Shown here: positions 42,329-52,469 of the stretch, piece by piece
Numbering within the stretch: position 1 is the stretch's first letter
Layout of the letters: every line of letters starts with the position of its first letter
Assembly: GCA_050874705.1 (NCBI GenBank)
Contig: JBNMLE010000001.1
Coordinates: 4,046-68,045, forward strand
Direction of reading: 5' to 3'
From: Bacilli bacterium
Lineage (GTDB): Bacteria > Bacillota_I > Bacilli_A > RFN20 > CAG-826
Length of the DNA stretch: 64,000 nt
Made by a program: the position numbers and the translations under genes
Notes under the pieces: model-generated
Databases searched by the model: none
What the model was told of the DNA's origin: nothing
What the model saw: the letters and a program-made list of their open reading frames with translations, nothing else

Positions 42329-42811
42329 CTATCTTTCTTTAACCACAACTGTGATGTGGCTGGTTCTTTTTACTAATCCTGATGCACTGCCTTTAGCTCT
42401 TGGAAGGAAACGTTTCATACGTAATCCATCACAAGCATAGATTTCAGCAATGTAGAGGTCTTCTTCATTCATTGAGAAATTGTTAATAGCGTTTGAAGCG
42501 GCTGATTTAACAACTTTTGCAACGATTGGGGAAGCGGCTTTGTTAACGTTAGCAAGAATTCCTAATGCTTCATTAACATTTTTACCACGGATTAAGTCGA
42601 TAACAAGACGAGCTTTACGTGGAGTGACACGGACATCATATGCAGTTGCACGTGCACTTGTTACAGGAGGCTTTGCTGGAACTTCTGGTTCAGCTTTGGC
42701 TTTTTTAGCTTTCTTTGGTTCTTCTGCTTTTGGAGCAACTTCCTTTTTTGCTTTTGGAGCTGCTTTTTTAGCAGGAGCCTTTTTAGCTACAGTTTTCTTT
42801 TCTTCTGCCAT
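42329..42811 (-). CDS. rplV: 50S ribosomal protein L22 with about 47-aa Lys/Ala/Pro-rich N-terminal extension
   Basis: Extension [49 protein letters not shown] precedes the L22 core (ARATAYDVRVTPRKARLV...). AAGGAGG upstream. Confidence 0.93.
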   Translation of the reverse strand: MAEEKKTVAKKAPAKKAAPKAKKEVAPKAEEPKKAKKAKAEPEVPAKPPVTSARATAYDVRVTPRKARLVIDLIRGKNVNEALGILANVNKAASPIVAKVVKSAASNAINNFSMNEEDLYIAEIYACDGLRMKRFLPRAKGSASGLVKRTSHITVVVKER

Positions 42812-42822
42812 AACTAACCTCC

Positions 42823-43116
42823 TTATTTACCAGCGGCAGCTTTTTTATCTTCTGCGTTGTTGCCGTGGTGTCCTTTGAATGTTCTTGTTGGAGCAAATTC
42901 TCCAAGTTTGTGACCTACCATATCTTCTGTGACATAGACAGTGATATGTTCGCGTCCATTATAGACAGCGAATGTATGTTCGACAAATGATGGGAAAATG
43001 GTCGAACGACGTGACCAAGTTTTGATGACTTCTTTTTTGTTAGCAGCATTTAATGCATCAACTTTTTTAAGAAGGTATTCATCGACGAATGGTCCTTTTT
43101 TAATGCTTCGTGACAT
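42823..43116 (-). CDS. rpsS: 30S ribosomal protein S19
   Basis: [13 protein letters not shown]-terminus. Confidence 0.95.
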   Translation of the reverse strand: MSRSIKKGPFVDEYLLKKVDALNAANKKEVIKTWSRRSTIFPSFVEHTFAVYNGREHITVYVTEDMVGHKLGEFAPTRTFKGHHGNNAEDKKAAAGK

Positions 43117-43135
43117 AATTCATTTTCTCCTTTCA

Positions 43136-43969
43136 TTATTTGTCATTGATTCTACGAACGATTAATTTCGTAGAAGGTTGTTTGTTGCGTCTTGTCTTAA
43201 CGCCGAGAGCACGTTTACCCCAAGGAGTACGTGGTGCATCACGACCAACAGGACACTTACCTTCACCACCACCATGTGGGTGATCGTTAGGGTTCATAAC
43301 AGAACCACGAACTGTTGGGCGAACACCCATCCAGCGTGTTTTTCCTGCTTTTCCTTTATTTACGAGCGCGTAGTCTTCGTTTCCGACGACACCGATTGTT
43401 GCACGGCATTCAGCGAGAACTTTTCTAACTTCGCCACTTGCTAAACGAAGAATAACATATTTGCCTTCTGAACCAAGTACTTGAGCACTTGTTCCTGCGG
43501 CACGGCACATTTGGCCACCTTTCTTTGGTGAGAGTTCAACGTTGTGAACGAATGTACCTTCTGGAATGTTCTTTAATGGAAGAGCATTACCGATTTTAAT
43601 ATCAACGTTTTCACCGGAGACAACTTTATCTCCAACCTTGATTCCACTTGGAGCAAGGATGTATCTCTTTTCGCCATCTAAATAAACAACGAGAAGGATA
43701 TTTGCGTTACGGTTTGGATCATATTCGATCGCTTTGACATTGCCAACTATTCCGTCTTTATTACGTTTGAAGTCGATAATTCTATAACGACGTTTATGTC
43801 CACCACCGATATGGCGTGTTGTGATAACACCTTGGTTATTACGTCCGCCAGTTTTTGTAAGTCTAACTGTTAAACTTTTTTCAGGAGTTGATTTGGTGAT
43901 TTCTTCAAACGTCAAGTTAGTCATATTACGACGTGACGGGGATGTCGGTCTGTAAGTTCTTATTGACAT
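43136..43969 (-). CDS. rplB: 50S ribosomal protein L2
   Basis: 277 aa with conserved GGGHKRRYR block. Confidence 0.95.
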   Translation of the reverse strand: MSIRTYRPTSPSRRNMTNLTFEEITKSTPEKSLTVRLTKTGGRNNQGVITTRHIGGGHKRRYRIIDFKRNKDGIVGNVKAIEYDPNRNANILLVVYLDGEKRYILAPSGIKVGDKVVSGENVDIKIGNALPLKNIPEGTFVHNVELSPKKGGQMCRAAGTSAQVLGSEGKYVILRLASGEVRKVLAECRATIGVVGNEDYALVNKGKAGKTRWMGVRPTVRGSVMNPNDHPHGGGEGKCPVGRDAPRTPWGKRALGVKTRRNKQPSTKLIVRRINDK

Positions 43970-44003
43970 ATTTTTCTCCTATAATGTGTAACCCTGTTTC
44001 AGG

Positions 44004-44333
44004 TTATTCTTTGAATAAGTCGAGTGCTTCGCCTTCTGCGATAGTGACGACTGCTTTTTTGAAACCAGAGATTGAACCTTTGTATCTTCCGCCTCTTGTG
44101 GTTTCTTTGCTTGGAACATTAATAATGTTGACGCTTACTGCTTTGACACCGAATACTGCTTCAAATGCTTTTTTAACTTGAGCGCGGTTTGCTGTGTCTT
44201 TAACGCGAAGTGTAACTTTGTTTTGTTCTTGCATGAGGGACATGGTTTTTTCAGTGATAATAGGCTCAATGATGAGATCTAAATCATGAATTGTGGCTTT
44301 CTTTGTAGCTTTTGCGACTTTCTTGCTTGCCAT
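44004..44333 (-). CDS. rplW: 50S ribosomal protein L23
   Basis: 109 aa, L23 family. Confidence 0.9.
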   Translation of the reverse strand: MASKKVAKATKKATIHDLDLIIEPIITEKTMSLMQEQNKVTLRVKDTANRAQVKKAFEAVFGVKAVSVNIINVPSKETTRGGRYKGSISGFKKAVVTIAEGEALDLFKE

Positions 44334-44335
44334 GA

Positions 44336-44977
44336 TTATTTACCCTCCTTTAAGTTTTCTTCAACGACTTTGACTGTAGCTTCATCCATAACGATGTGAT
44401 CGAAGTACATTAAGTCATAGACAGAGACGTTGTTAACTGATGTGACAACAACATTAGCAACGTTTTGTGCACTGAGAACTAAGTTATCGTTTTCATCAGA
44501 GAGAACGACGAGAACTTTTCCAGTTGCATTTAGAACTTTTAATGTTTTGACAAATTCTTTTGTTGAGATTTTTTCAACTTTGAAGTTATCAACAACAATG
44601 AGTTCTTTAACCTTTAAGGAATAAGCTGAGCGAAGTGCTAATCTATGTTCCTTGCGGTTTTGAGCGATTTTGTGATTTTGAACACCTGTTGGGCCGAAGA
44701 CTGTTCCACCACCAACCCAAATTGGTGAACGTGTTGAACCAGCTCTTGCACGACCAGTGCCTTTTTGTCTCCATGGTTTTTTACCACCACCGCTAACTTC
44801 ATCGCGTTTTTTAGTTTTTGCGGTGTCTTGACGCATGTTGGCTTGGTAGACAACAACTGCATCATGCATGACTTGTTTATTTTCTTTTACACCAAATACT
44901 GATGCATCAAGATTTAAGTCGGAGACCTTTTCTCCTGCGAGAGAATAGACAGGAACGCTAATCTTTTTAGTAGCCAT
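44336..44977 (-). CDS. rplD: 50S ribosomal protein L4
   Basis: 213 aa, L4 family. Confidence 0.93.
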   Translation of the reverse strand: MATKKISVPVYSLAGEKVSDLNLDASVFGVKENKQVMHDAVVVYQANMRQDTAKTKKRDEVSGGGKKPWRQKGTGRARAGSTRSPIWVGGGTVFGPTGVQNHKIAQNRKEHRLALRSAYSLKVKELIVVDNFKVEKISTKEFVKTLKVLNATGKVLVVLSDENDNLVLSAQNVANVVVTSVNNVSVYDLMYFDHIVMDEATVKVVEENLKEGK

Positions 44978-44980
44978 AAA

Positions 44981-45679
44981 CTATTCTCCTTTCTTTTCTT
45001 CGACAGCAGTTAAGTCGACAAGTTCTTTAATTACTTCTGGTTGTCCAAGTTGTTTCTTGACAGCGCTGCGAATTGTAACTAATGATTTCTTAGGTCCTGG
45101 AACTGCGCCTTTGATTAAGATGTAATTCTTTTCAGCATTTACTTCAACTACTTTGAGGTTGAGGATTGTTGCTGAGAGATTACCGTGATGACCAGACATC
45201 TTCTTGCCTGGAATAACACGTGCGTTGTTACGTCCGTTGTTAGCGAACGAACCTTGTCCACGGTGATAGCCTGATCCGTGTCCTTTTGGTCCAATCTTGT
45301 GCCCCCAGCGTTTGATTGTGCCAGCGTAACCACGTCCTTTTGAAGTACCGATTACATCAACGACATCTCCTGCTTTGAACATATCGACTGTTACTTTGTC
45401 ACCAACATTGAAGCTTGCGAGTTCATCACCTTTAATTTCAGCGAGAACTTTTGTAGCTGGAACGTTAGCTTTTGCAAAGTGACCACGTTCTGCTTTGTTA
45501 ACTCTGTTTTCTTTCTTTTCTTCAAATCCGACTTGAAGAGCGGCATATCCGTCTTTTTCAAGTGTTTTGACTTGAGTAACAACGTTTGGTAAGACTTCGA
45601 CAACTGTTACTGCATACATAGTGCCATCTTTAGCGAAGACTTCTGTCATGCCCATTTTACGACCAATGATTTGTTTCAT
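44981..45679 (-). CDS. rplC: 50S ribosomal protein L3
   Basis: 232 aa, L3 family. Confidence 0.93.
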   Translation of the reverse strand: MKQIIGRKMGMTEVFAKDGTMYAVTVVEVLPNVVTQVKTLEKDGYAALQVGFEEKKENRVNKAERGHFAKANVPATKVLAEIKGDELASFNVGDKVTVDMFKAGDVVDVIGTSKGRGYAGTIKRWGHKIGPKGHGSGYHRGQGSFANNGRNNARVIPGKKMSGHHGNLSATILNLKVVEVNAEKNYILIKGAVPGPKKSLVTIRSAVKKQLGQPEVIKELVDLTAVEEKKGE

Positions 45680-45693
45680 GATGTCTTACCTCC

Positions 45694-46005
45694 TTATAAC
45701 TTGATGTCGATATCAACTCCGCTTGGTAAATCAAGCTTTCTAAGCATTTCAACTGTTTCCTTTGTAGGATTGCTGATATCGATCAATCTCTTGTGTGTTC
45801 TGATTTCGAATTGTTCACGTGAATCTTTGTATTTGTGAACAGCACGTAGAATCGTATAAACTTGTTTCTCCGTTGGGAGTGGGATAGGGCCCACAACTTT
45901 AGCCCCAGTAGCATTTGCGGCTTTAATGATCTTTTGGACACTTAAGTCAAGTATCTTGTGATCATAGGCTTGCAAACGAACCCTAATGGATTTTACTTTT
46001 GCCAT
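45694..46005 (-). CDS. rpsJ: 30S ribosomal protein S10
   Basis: 103 aa. First gene of the S10 operon. Confidence 0.95.
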   Translation of the reverse strand: MAKVKSIRVRLQAYDHKILDLSVQKIIKAANATGAKVVGPIPLPTEKQVYTILRAVHKYKDSREQFEIRTHKRLIDISNPTKETVEMLRKLDLPSGVDIDIKL

Positions 46006-46232
46006 GAATGTTCCTCCTTGATAATTTTTTTCAGGCTTTCGACGAATTACTCAATGCGAATTACCTGATCACTGTATCATGACAACGCCTGTCAGTGTAT
46101 CAGCAACCTCGCATATCAACGCAAACGTCAACGTGTATAATATTACCCTTATATATAATATCGCGCAAGCAAAAAATGCATTTTTTTAAAATTTTTTCTG
46201 AAAAATAATGTCCAAAATTTATCAAAAATCAG
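46006..46232 (-). promoter_or_regulatory. S10-operon promoter/5' leader region containing a dyad-symmetric element
   Basis: A 227-nt non-coding gap between the acyltransferase stop and rpsJ. It contains TTGACG/TTGCTT-like -35 candidates and the dyad CACUGACAGGCGUUGUCAUGAUACAGUG (46070..46097). AAGGAGG lies 9 nt before the rpsJ ATG. Confidence 0.4.
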
Positions 46233-47537
46233 TCATTTTTTTTGTTTATTTTTTGATTTTTTTAGGTACTTTTGACCCTCTTTTTCTAGTGATAAAAATT
46301 CGTCTTTAATCATGCTTGTCAAAAGAGGAATATTCTCTTTATTTTTAAGGTTATCTTTACCAAAAATTTGTTCAGGATAAATTGTCTTACCAATCATTAC
46401 ATGATTGAAATGAAAAGGTTTAAATGGTTTTAACATATAATAAACATATATTGGAGAGTTGCTCATTAAAGCAAAATAACTTGCTCCATCATGCAATGTA
46501 GAAAGTTGTTCATTGTTAATATGACCTTCAGGATAAATGCCCACTACTCCATCTGCTTTTAAAATATTAATGACTTCTAAGAAACATTTTGGATCAGAAG
46601 CATCATCGACACGTCGATATTCAATTGTGAAAACATTTTTGAAAAACCATGGATGTTTTTCATACATTTCCTGAGCAATAACTAAATGAGATCTTCTCGA
46701 TAGATAATGCATAATTAATATTGTTGGATCGAAAAAATTGTAATGTTTAGAAACAATTAAACCTCTCCCTTTAATATGCCTATCTTTCTTGCTAGCGCCT
46801 TCGACATAATGAAATTTAGTTGGAAAAACAATCGGAGTTGAAAACATTAATACAAATCTAACAATATCAAAAACAATCGCTTTTGGATTTAATGTATCTT
46901 GGGTTCTATATCTTTTATATAATTCTAATTTTCTTTTTAGTTCATTTGTTTTTTTGCGAAGCATTTCGCATAATTCTTGAACTTTTTCTCTACTAGGATT
47001 AACTTCATCACAATAATCTCTAAGGTAAATTGGTTTTCCCATTATTATTCTTGTTCTCTCTTTTTTAAAATAATGAGGTTCGATGTAATGAGGAATAATT
47101 GGAGCGCCAGAACGAAGTGCAAGGTAAACAACAGAAGGTTTAAAAACATCTAATTTACCTGTTTTAACTAGATGACCTTCCGGAAATATAGTAATAACTC
47201 CACCTTTTTTAAGGGTCTTTTCAGCTTCCGATATAAAAGAAAGATCGCTTCTTTCTCTATGAACAAGAATATTATCCATAACTTTTGAGAAGAAACCTAA
47301 TATTGGTTTTTGATAAATGAGTTCGCTTACAAGGCATCTTTGTTTTCTGAAAGGATGGGCAAATACCATTGCAAAATAATCCATAATATGGGTGTGGTTT
47401 GAAATAATAATTGCTGGACCTTTTATGCCGTGCCCTACTTTATATCCTTCTTCTTTGTAGTAGCGTTGCCTTAAAATAAGTCTCATTGGTAAATAGCCTG
47501 TAAGTTTAAAGAATAATCTTCCCAAAAATTTAAACAT
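46233..47537 (-). CDS. Tandem-domain lysophospholipid (PlsC-type) acyltransferase
   Basis: Two HX4D motifs (NHTHIMD and SKHYNFFD), each followed by an FPEG-like motif (IFPEGHL, IYPEGHI). 434 aa. Confidence 0.75.
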   Translation of the reverse strand: MFKFLGRLFFKLTGYLPMRLILRQRYYKEEGYKVGHGIKGPAIIISNHTHIMDYFAMVFAHPFRKQRCLVSELIYQKPILGFFSKVMDNILVHRERSDLSFISEAEKTLKKGGVITIFPEGHLVKTGKLDVFKPSVVYLALRSGAPIIPHYIEPHYFKKERTRIIMGKPIYLRDYCDEVNPSREKVQELCEMLRKKTNELKRKLELYKRYRTQDTLNPKAIVFDIVRFVLMFSTPIVFPTKFHYVEGASKKDRHIKGRGLIVSKHYNFFDPTILIMHYLSRRSHLVIAQEMYEKHPWFFKNVFTIEYRRVDDASDPKCFLEVINILKADGVVGIYPEGHINNEQLSTLHDGASYFALMSNSPIYVYYMLKPFKPFHFNHVMIGKTIYPEQIFGKDNLKNKENIPLLTSMIKDEFLSLEKEGQKYLKKSKNKQKK

Positions 47538-48186
47538 TCTTTTTCCCTTTATCGAATTCTATTCTTTTTTCATATGAATATTTGCAACCGCAGTAAAGCT
47601 GCTGATATAAATTATAATGTATTCGCATATTTCTTGCCTTAAGACCACCATCATTTTTCTTAAAATCCGAATAAAAATATTTTGTATTTGGATATTTAAG
47701 TGATAATTTTTGGCCTATTTCATTAATTTTTTGAGAATTTTTTTGACGAGAAACACTCATAACAGTTGTGAAATAATCATAACCCTTTTTAGAGGCATAA
47801 TTATAAGCCTCATCCATTCTTTTTTCATAACAAATAAAACATCTTAACCCGCCTTCTGGAATATCCTTATATGGTTCAAGACTTTCATTATATTTTTCAT
47901 TATCGTATAGACGAACAATTAAGTTCACTTTATATCCATAATCTTTTTCGAATAAAATTAGAAATTTTCTTAATTCATCAAGTCTTCTTTCGTATTCTTG
48001 ACTAGGATAAATATTTGAATTATTAAAAAATATTGTCACATCAAAATGTGGGCATAAATATGTAAGTGGGAATGTCGAACATGGACCACAGCAAGCATGA
48101 AGAAGTAAAGTAGGTTTCTTTTTTAATAAATCAACCTTCTTAATTTCTTCTTCGGATATTAAATAATAATTAATCTTTGTCTCCAT
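47530..48186 (-). CDS. queH: Epoxyqueuosine reductase QueH (DUF208)
   Basis: LLHACCGPCS signature Cys motif near the N-terminus. Start set to ATG 48186 (METK), a 17-nt overlap with the queA stop. No in-frame start codon exists further downstream before the motif. Confidence 0.75.
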   Translation of the reverse strand: METKINYYLISEEEIKKVDLLKKKPTLLLHACCGPCSTFPLTYLCPHFDVTIFFNNSNIYPSQEYERRLDELRKFLILFEKDYGYKVNLIVRLYDNEKYNESLEPYKDIPEGGLRCFICYEKRMDEAYNYASKKGYDYFTTVMSVSRQKNSQKINEIGQKLSLKYPNTKYFYSDFKKNDGGLKARNMRIHYNLYQQLYCGCKYSYEKRIEFDKGKKNV

Positions 48187-49207
48187 AAATAAACATTGAA
48201 TCACCAAAGGAAAAGAAATGATATTTTTCATCAACCGCATGTTTATAAACTTCAAGCGTAAATTCTCTTCCCATTAAAGCAGAAACTAACATAATTAATG
48301 TTGATTTAGGCAAATGGAAATTAGTAATTAAAGCATCAATTGCTAAAAATTTATAACCAGGTTTAATAAAAATCGATGTATCTTCACTTGCTTCAACAAA
48401 TTTTCCATATTTTTGCATTATTGCTTCAAGAGTTCTCGTCGCAGTTGTACCAACAGCAATAATACGACGCCCTTCTTCTTTTGCTTTATTTAATCTATCC
48501 GCGACATCTTTTTTCATTTCAAAATGTTCGGTATGCATAATATGATTTTCAACTTCTTTTTCTTTAACAGGTTTAAACGTTCCTAAACCAATATTAAGAG
48601 TAATATCTTCAATTTCAATGCCTTTGGCTTTGATTTTTTCTAACAATTCTTCAGTAAAATGAAATCCCGCTGTTGGAGCGGCAGCTGATCCTAATACTTT
48701 GGCGTATACTGTTTGATAACGAGAATTATCTTCACATTGTTTTTTAATATAAGGAGGAAGAGGCATATTTCCAACTTCATTTAATATTTCCAAAAAGATG
48801 CCTTTATATATAAATTTCATAATGCGAATGCCTTCATCTTTTACTTCCAAGCATTCGGCTTTTAATAATCCGTCTTTAAAATCTATTATTGAGCCAACTT
48901 TGATAGGTTTGGCGTTACCAGCCAAACACTCCCAAACATCTCCTTCAATTTGATGAAGAAGCAATATTTCAACATGAGCGTGAGTTCCTTCTTTTTCGCC
49001 AAATAATCTAGCAGGCAAAACTTTTGTGTTGTTTCTAACTAAAACATCTCCTGGTTTTAAATAATCAATAATATCGTGAAAAACTTTGTCTTCATATGTC
49101 TTTTTATCTTTATTTATAACAAGTAATCGCGATTCATCACGTATTTTTGCGGGAGTTTGAGCAATGAGCTCTTCTGGTAGTTCAAAATCAAAAAGTGATA
49201 TATCCAT
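48170..49207 (-). CDS. queA: S-adenosylmethionine:tRNA ribosyltransferase-isomerase
   Basis: MDISLFDFELPEELIAQTPA N-terminus, 345 aa. Confidence 0.9.
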   Translation of the reverse strand: MDISLFDFELPEELIAQTPAKIRDESRLLVINKDKKTYEDKVFHDIIDYLKPGDVLVRNNTKVLPARLFGEKEGTHAHVEILLLHQIEGDVWECLAGNAKPIKVGSIIDFKDGLLKAECLEVKDEGIRIMKFIYKGIFLEILNEVGNMPLPPYIKKQCEDNSRYQTVYAKVLGSAAAPTAGFHFTEELLEKIKAKGIEIEDITLNIGLGTFKPVKEKEVENHIMHTEHFEMKKDVADRLNKAKEEGRRIIAVGTTATRTLEAIMQKYGKFVEASEDTSIFIKPGYKFLAIDALITNFHLPKSTLIMLVSALMGREFTLEVYKHAVDEKYHFFSFGDSMFIYGDKD

Positions 49208-49209
49208 AA

Positions 49210-50355
<1,146 letters not shown>

Positions 50356-50381
50356 TTATGTATTAATTTCATTTAATAAAA

Positions 50382-50885
50382 TTACCACTTAAAATATAGG
50401 TTTCTTTTTGCGCCAATCAAATTTTGAAAAAATGGTCTTTTCCCAAAAATCATAAAAATAATGTAACCAATTACTGAAACTGCGATTGCTTCCCCTGCCA
50501 TAACAAAAGCAACATTAATCCAAAATGGTTCTTGAAGAACAAAATATAATTCCGCACCTACTATAAAACCATTTAGAACGACTGGTATTAAAGTAGACAA
50601 AAACAAATTCTTCATAAAAGAAATTAATAAACCTGATATTAAAGTTGCTAAACTTCCAAAAATTATATCCCATAAAAACATTGGGGATGCAAAATTAGCA
50701 AATATGCATCCAAGTGTTATTCCAATAACATAATCTCTTCTAAAAAAGCATAATAAAATAAGACATTCAGCAATTCTTACTTGCATACCTAAAAATGATA
50801 TAGTCGGTGTAAAAAATGTTAATAAAAAATAGATTACAGCCACAATAGCGTTAACTGTAATTGACCTAACAACTTCGTTTCTCAT
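50382..50885 (-). CDS. queT: Queuosine-precursor transporter QueT (ECF-type S component)
   Basis: 168 aa with 5-6 transmembrane helices, directly upstream of tgt. Start set to ATG 50885 (MRNEVV) with AAGGAG 7 nt upstream. The ORF-track start is a TTG at 50930 that would lie inside the riboswitch. Confidence 0.6.
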   Translation of the reverse strand: MRNEVVRSITVNAIVAVIYFLLTFFTPTISFLGMQVRIAECLILLCFFRRDYVIGITLGCIFANFASPMFLWDIIFGSLATLISGLLISFMKNLFLSTLIPVVLNGFIVGAELYFVLQEPFWINVAFVMAGEAIAVSVIGYIIFMIFGKRPFFQNLIGAKRNLYFKW

Positions 50886-50892
50886 TAATTCA

Positions 50893-50931
50893 CTCCTTGT
50901 TTTTATATGTGGTTTCTCAAGGGAACACAAA
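50893..50931 (-). promoter_or_regulatory. Putative class-I preQ1 riboswitch in the queT leader
   Basis: Minus strand: UUUGUG-UUC-CCUUGAGAAAC-CACA-UAUAAAAA-CAAGGAG. P1 is UGUG/CACA with UUC after its 5' strand. A-rich tail. Loop CCUUG can pair with tail CAAGG (pseudoknot P2), overlapping the SD. Compare the B. subtilis queC aptamer AGAGGUUCUAGCUACACCCUCUAUAAAAAACUAAGG. Confidence 0.6.
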
Positions 50932-50936
50932 TATAT

Positions 50937-51836
50937 TTAATTATTTAAAATTGCCTCCGCTAAAAGATTAGCGACAGATAATACTTTAACACCTTTTATA
51001 TTTTTTTCTATACTATCAGTAACAACTACACCTTTAATTTCATCTTTAAGTTTTCCAGTTGAAAATACAGCATGCGTTGCACAAACATAAACTTCTTTTG
51101 CGCCATGAGAAATCAAAGCATCATAGGCATTATTAATTGTTCCACAAGTGTCAATCATATCATCGACAATAAGACATGTTTTACCATTGACATTGCCAAC
51201 TACATTTATGACCTCACTTTTATTTGGAGCAGGACGTCTTTTATCGATAAAAGCAATTGAAGCGCCATTAAACATAGAACCTAAATCTCTTGCTCTTAGT
51301 GCTGATCCATGGTCAGGAGCAACTACTACAACATCGCTTTGTTTAATTCCATGTTCGTTGAAATAATTGACAAAATAATCACCAAATAATTCAAATGTAT
51401 CTAAATTTATAACAGGGCAAGAAAAGAAACCTTGTATTTGTTGAGTATGAAGGTCAATTGTAATAATTTTATCAATCATCGCTGCTTGATACATATTAGC
51501 AATAACTTTTGCGGTAATAGGTTCTCCTACAAGAGCCACTCTATCTTGTCTTGCATAACCAAAATATGGAACAACTAAATTAACAGATTTAGCATCACTA
51601 TTTCTTAATGAATCCGCAAATATAAGTATCTCAAAAATATTATCTTGTGCAGGATTTGCAGTCGATTGAACAATATAAACATCTTTTCCTCGAACATTAG
51701 AAAGATTCCTACACATAATTTCTCCATCAGCAAATTTTCTAATTTCAACTTTGCCTAGAGGTAGCTTTGCAATCTTTGCAATTTTCTTTGCTAATTCTTT
51801 ATTAGCGGATAAATGAAATATAATCGAATTTTTCAT
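50937..51836 (-). CDS. prs: Ribose-phosphate pyrophosphokinase
   Basis: GYARQDR and DLHTQQIQGFF blocks. PRPP-binding LIVDDMIDTCGT. Confidence 0.9.
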   Translation of the reverse strand: MKNSIIFHLSANKELAKKIAKIAKLPLGKVEIRKFADGEIMCRNLSNVRGKDVYIVQSTANPAQDNIFEILIFADSLRNSDAKSVNLVVPYFGYARQDRVALVGEPITAKVIANMYQAAMIDKIITIDLHTQQIQGFFSCPVINLDTFELFGDYFVNYFNEHGIKQSDVVVVAPDHGSALRARDLGSMFNGASIAFIDKRRPAPNKSEVINVVGNVNGKTCLIVDDMIDTCGTINNAYDALISHGAKEVYVCATHAVFSTGKLKDEIKGVVVTDSIEKNIKGVKVLSVANLLAEAILNN

Positions 51837-51846
51837 AGCAAAAATA

Positions 51847-52434
51847 TTACCATTTCATAATAGATAATAAAACTATCTTTTTATTTAATTCAGGTTTTGA
51901 AAGGATTTTTGATTTATCTACTTCATAACCGAGTTCTTTTAAGTGGTTAGCGCATTTTTCTCCATATAGCCAAAAATCAATGCCATAGTTCTCTAAATTT
52001 TTCTTCGGATCTTGTTCAAAATAATAATGGTTTAAATAATATAATTCGCCTTTATACATTTGATAATAATCAGGAAGATAATTGATATCAATTTTTGAAA
52101 ATCTAGCAAATCGATAAATCAAGAATAATTTCTCAAACCATTCGTCATTAATTGTGCCATTTGCAATTGCATCAAGGGCTTTAATTCCATCAATATATTC
52201 ATAAACAATAGTCAAATTCTTTTTGTCTTTTCTTAATAATTTAGGATTCTTAATTCCATATGAAGAAAAATCTTTATAACTTTTTACTTCAAAATCAAAA
52301 TCTTCTAAATTGTTATATTGTTTAACAAAAAACTTTTTATCTTTAATTTTGCATTCAAAAGATATGTGGTCTTCTTTTTCCACGATCTTTTTCACTATTT
52401 CATATTTTTTTCTTCTAACTACAATATTTTCCAT
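51847..52434 (-). CDS. Hypothetical protein (Tyr-rich, possible kinase-like fold)
   Basis: Start set to ATG 52434 (MENIVV) so as not to overlap the divergent GT4 gene. Contains a YEYIDG segment. No catalytic motifs recognised. Confidence 0.35.
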   Translation of the reverse strand: MENIVVRRKKYEIVKKIVEKEDHISFECKIKDKKFFVKQYNNLEDFDFEVKSYKDFSSYGIKNPKLLRKDKKNLTIVYEYIDGIKALDAIANGTINDEWFEKLFLIYRFARFSKIDINYLPDYYQMYKGELYYLNHYYFEQDPKKNLENYGIDFWLYGEKCANHLKELGYEVDKSKILSKPELNKKIVLLSIMKW

Positions 52435-52469
52435 TACCCAAATTATAACAAATGTTATATCATAAAAAT

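Noticed and set aside
48187-48255. Upstream ATG start for queH giving an 86-nt overlap with queA.
   Set aside because: The overlap is implausibly long. The conserved CCGPC motif would sit over 50 residues from the N-terminus, unlike known QueH proteins. METK at 48186 is preferred.
50886-50930. ORF-track TTG start for queT, adding 15 N-terminal residues (MCSLEKPHIKTRSEL).
   Set aside because: It would translate through the proposed riboswitch and has no SD. The ATG at 50885 has AAGGAG at 7-nt spacing and gives a typical 168-aa QueT.
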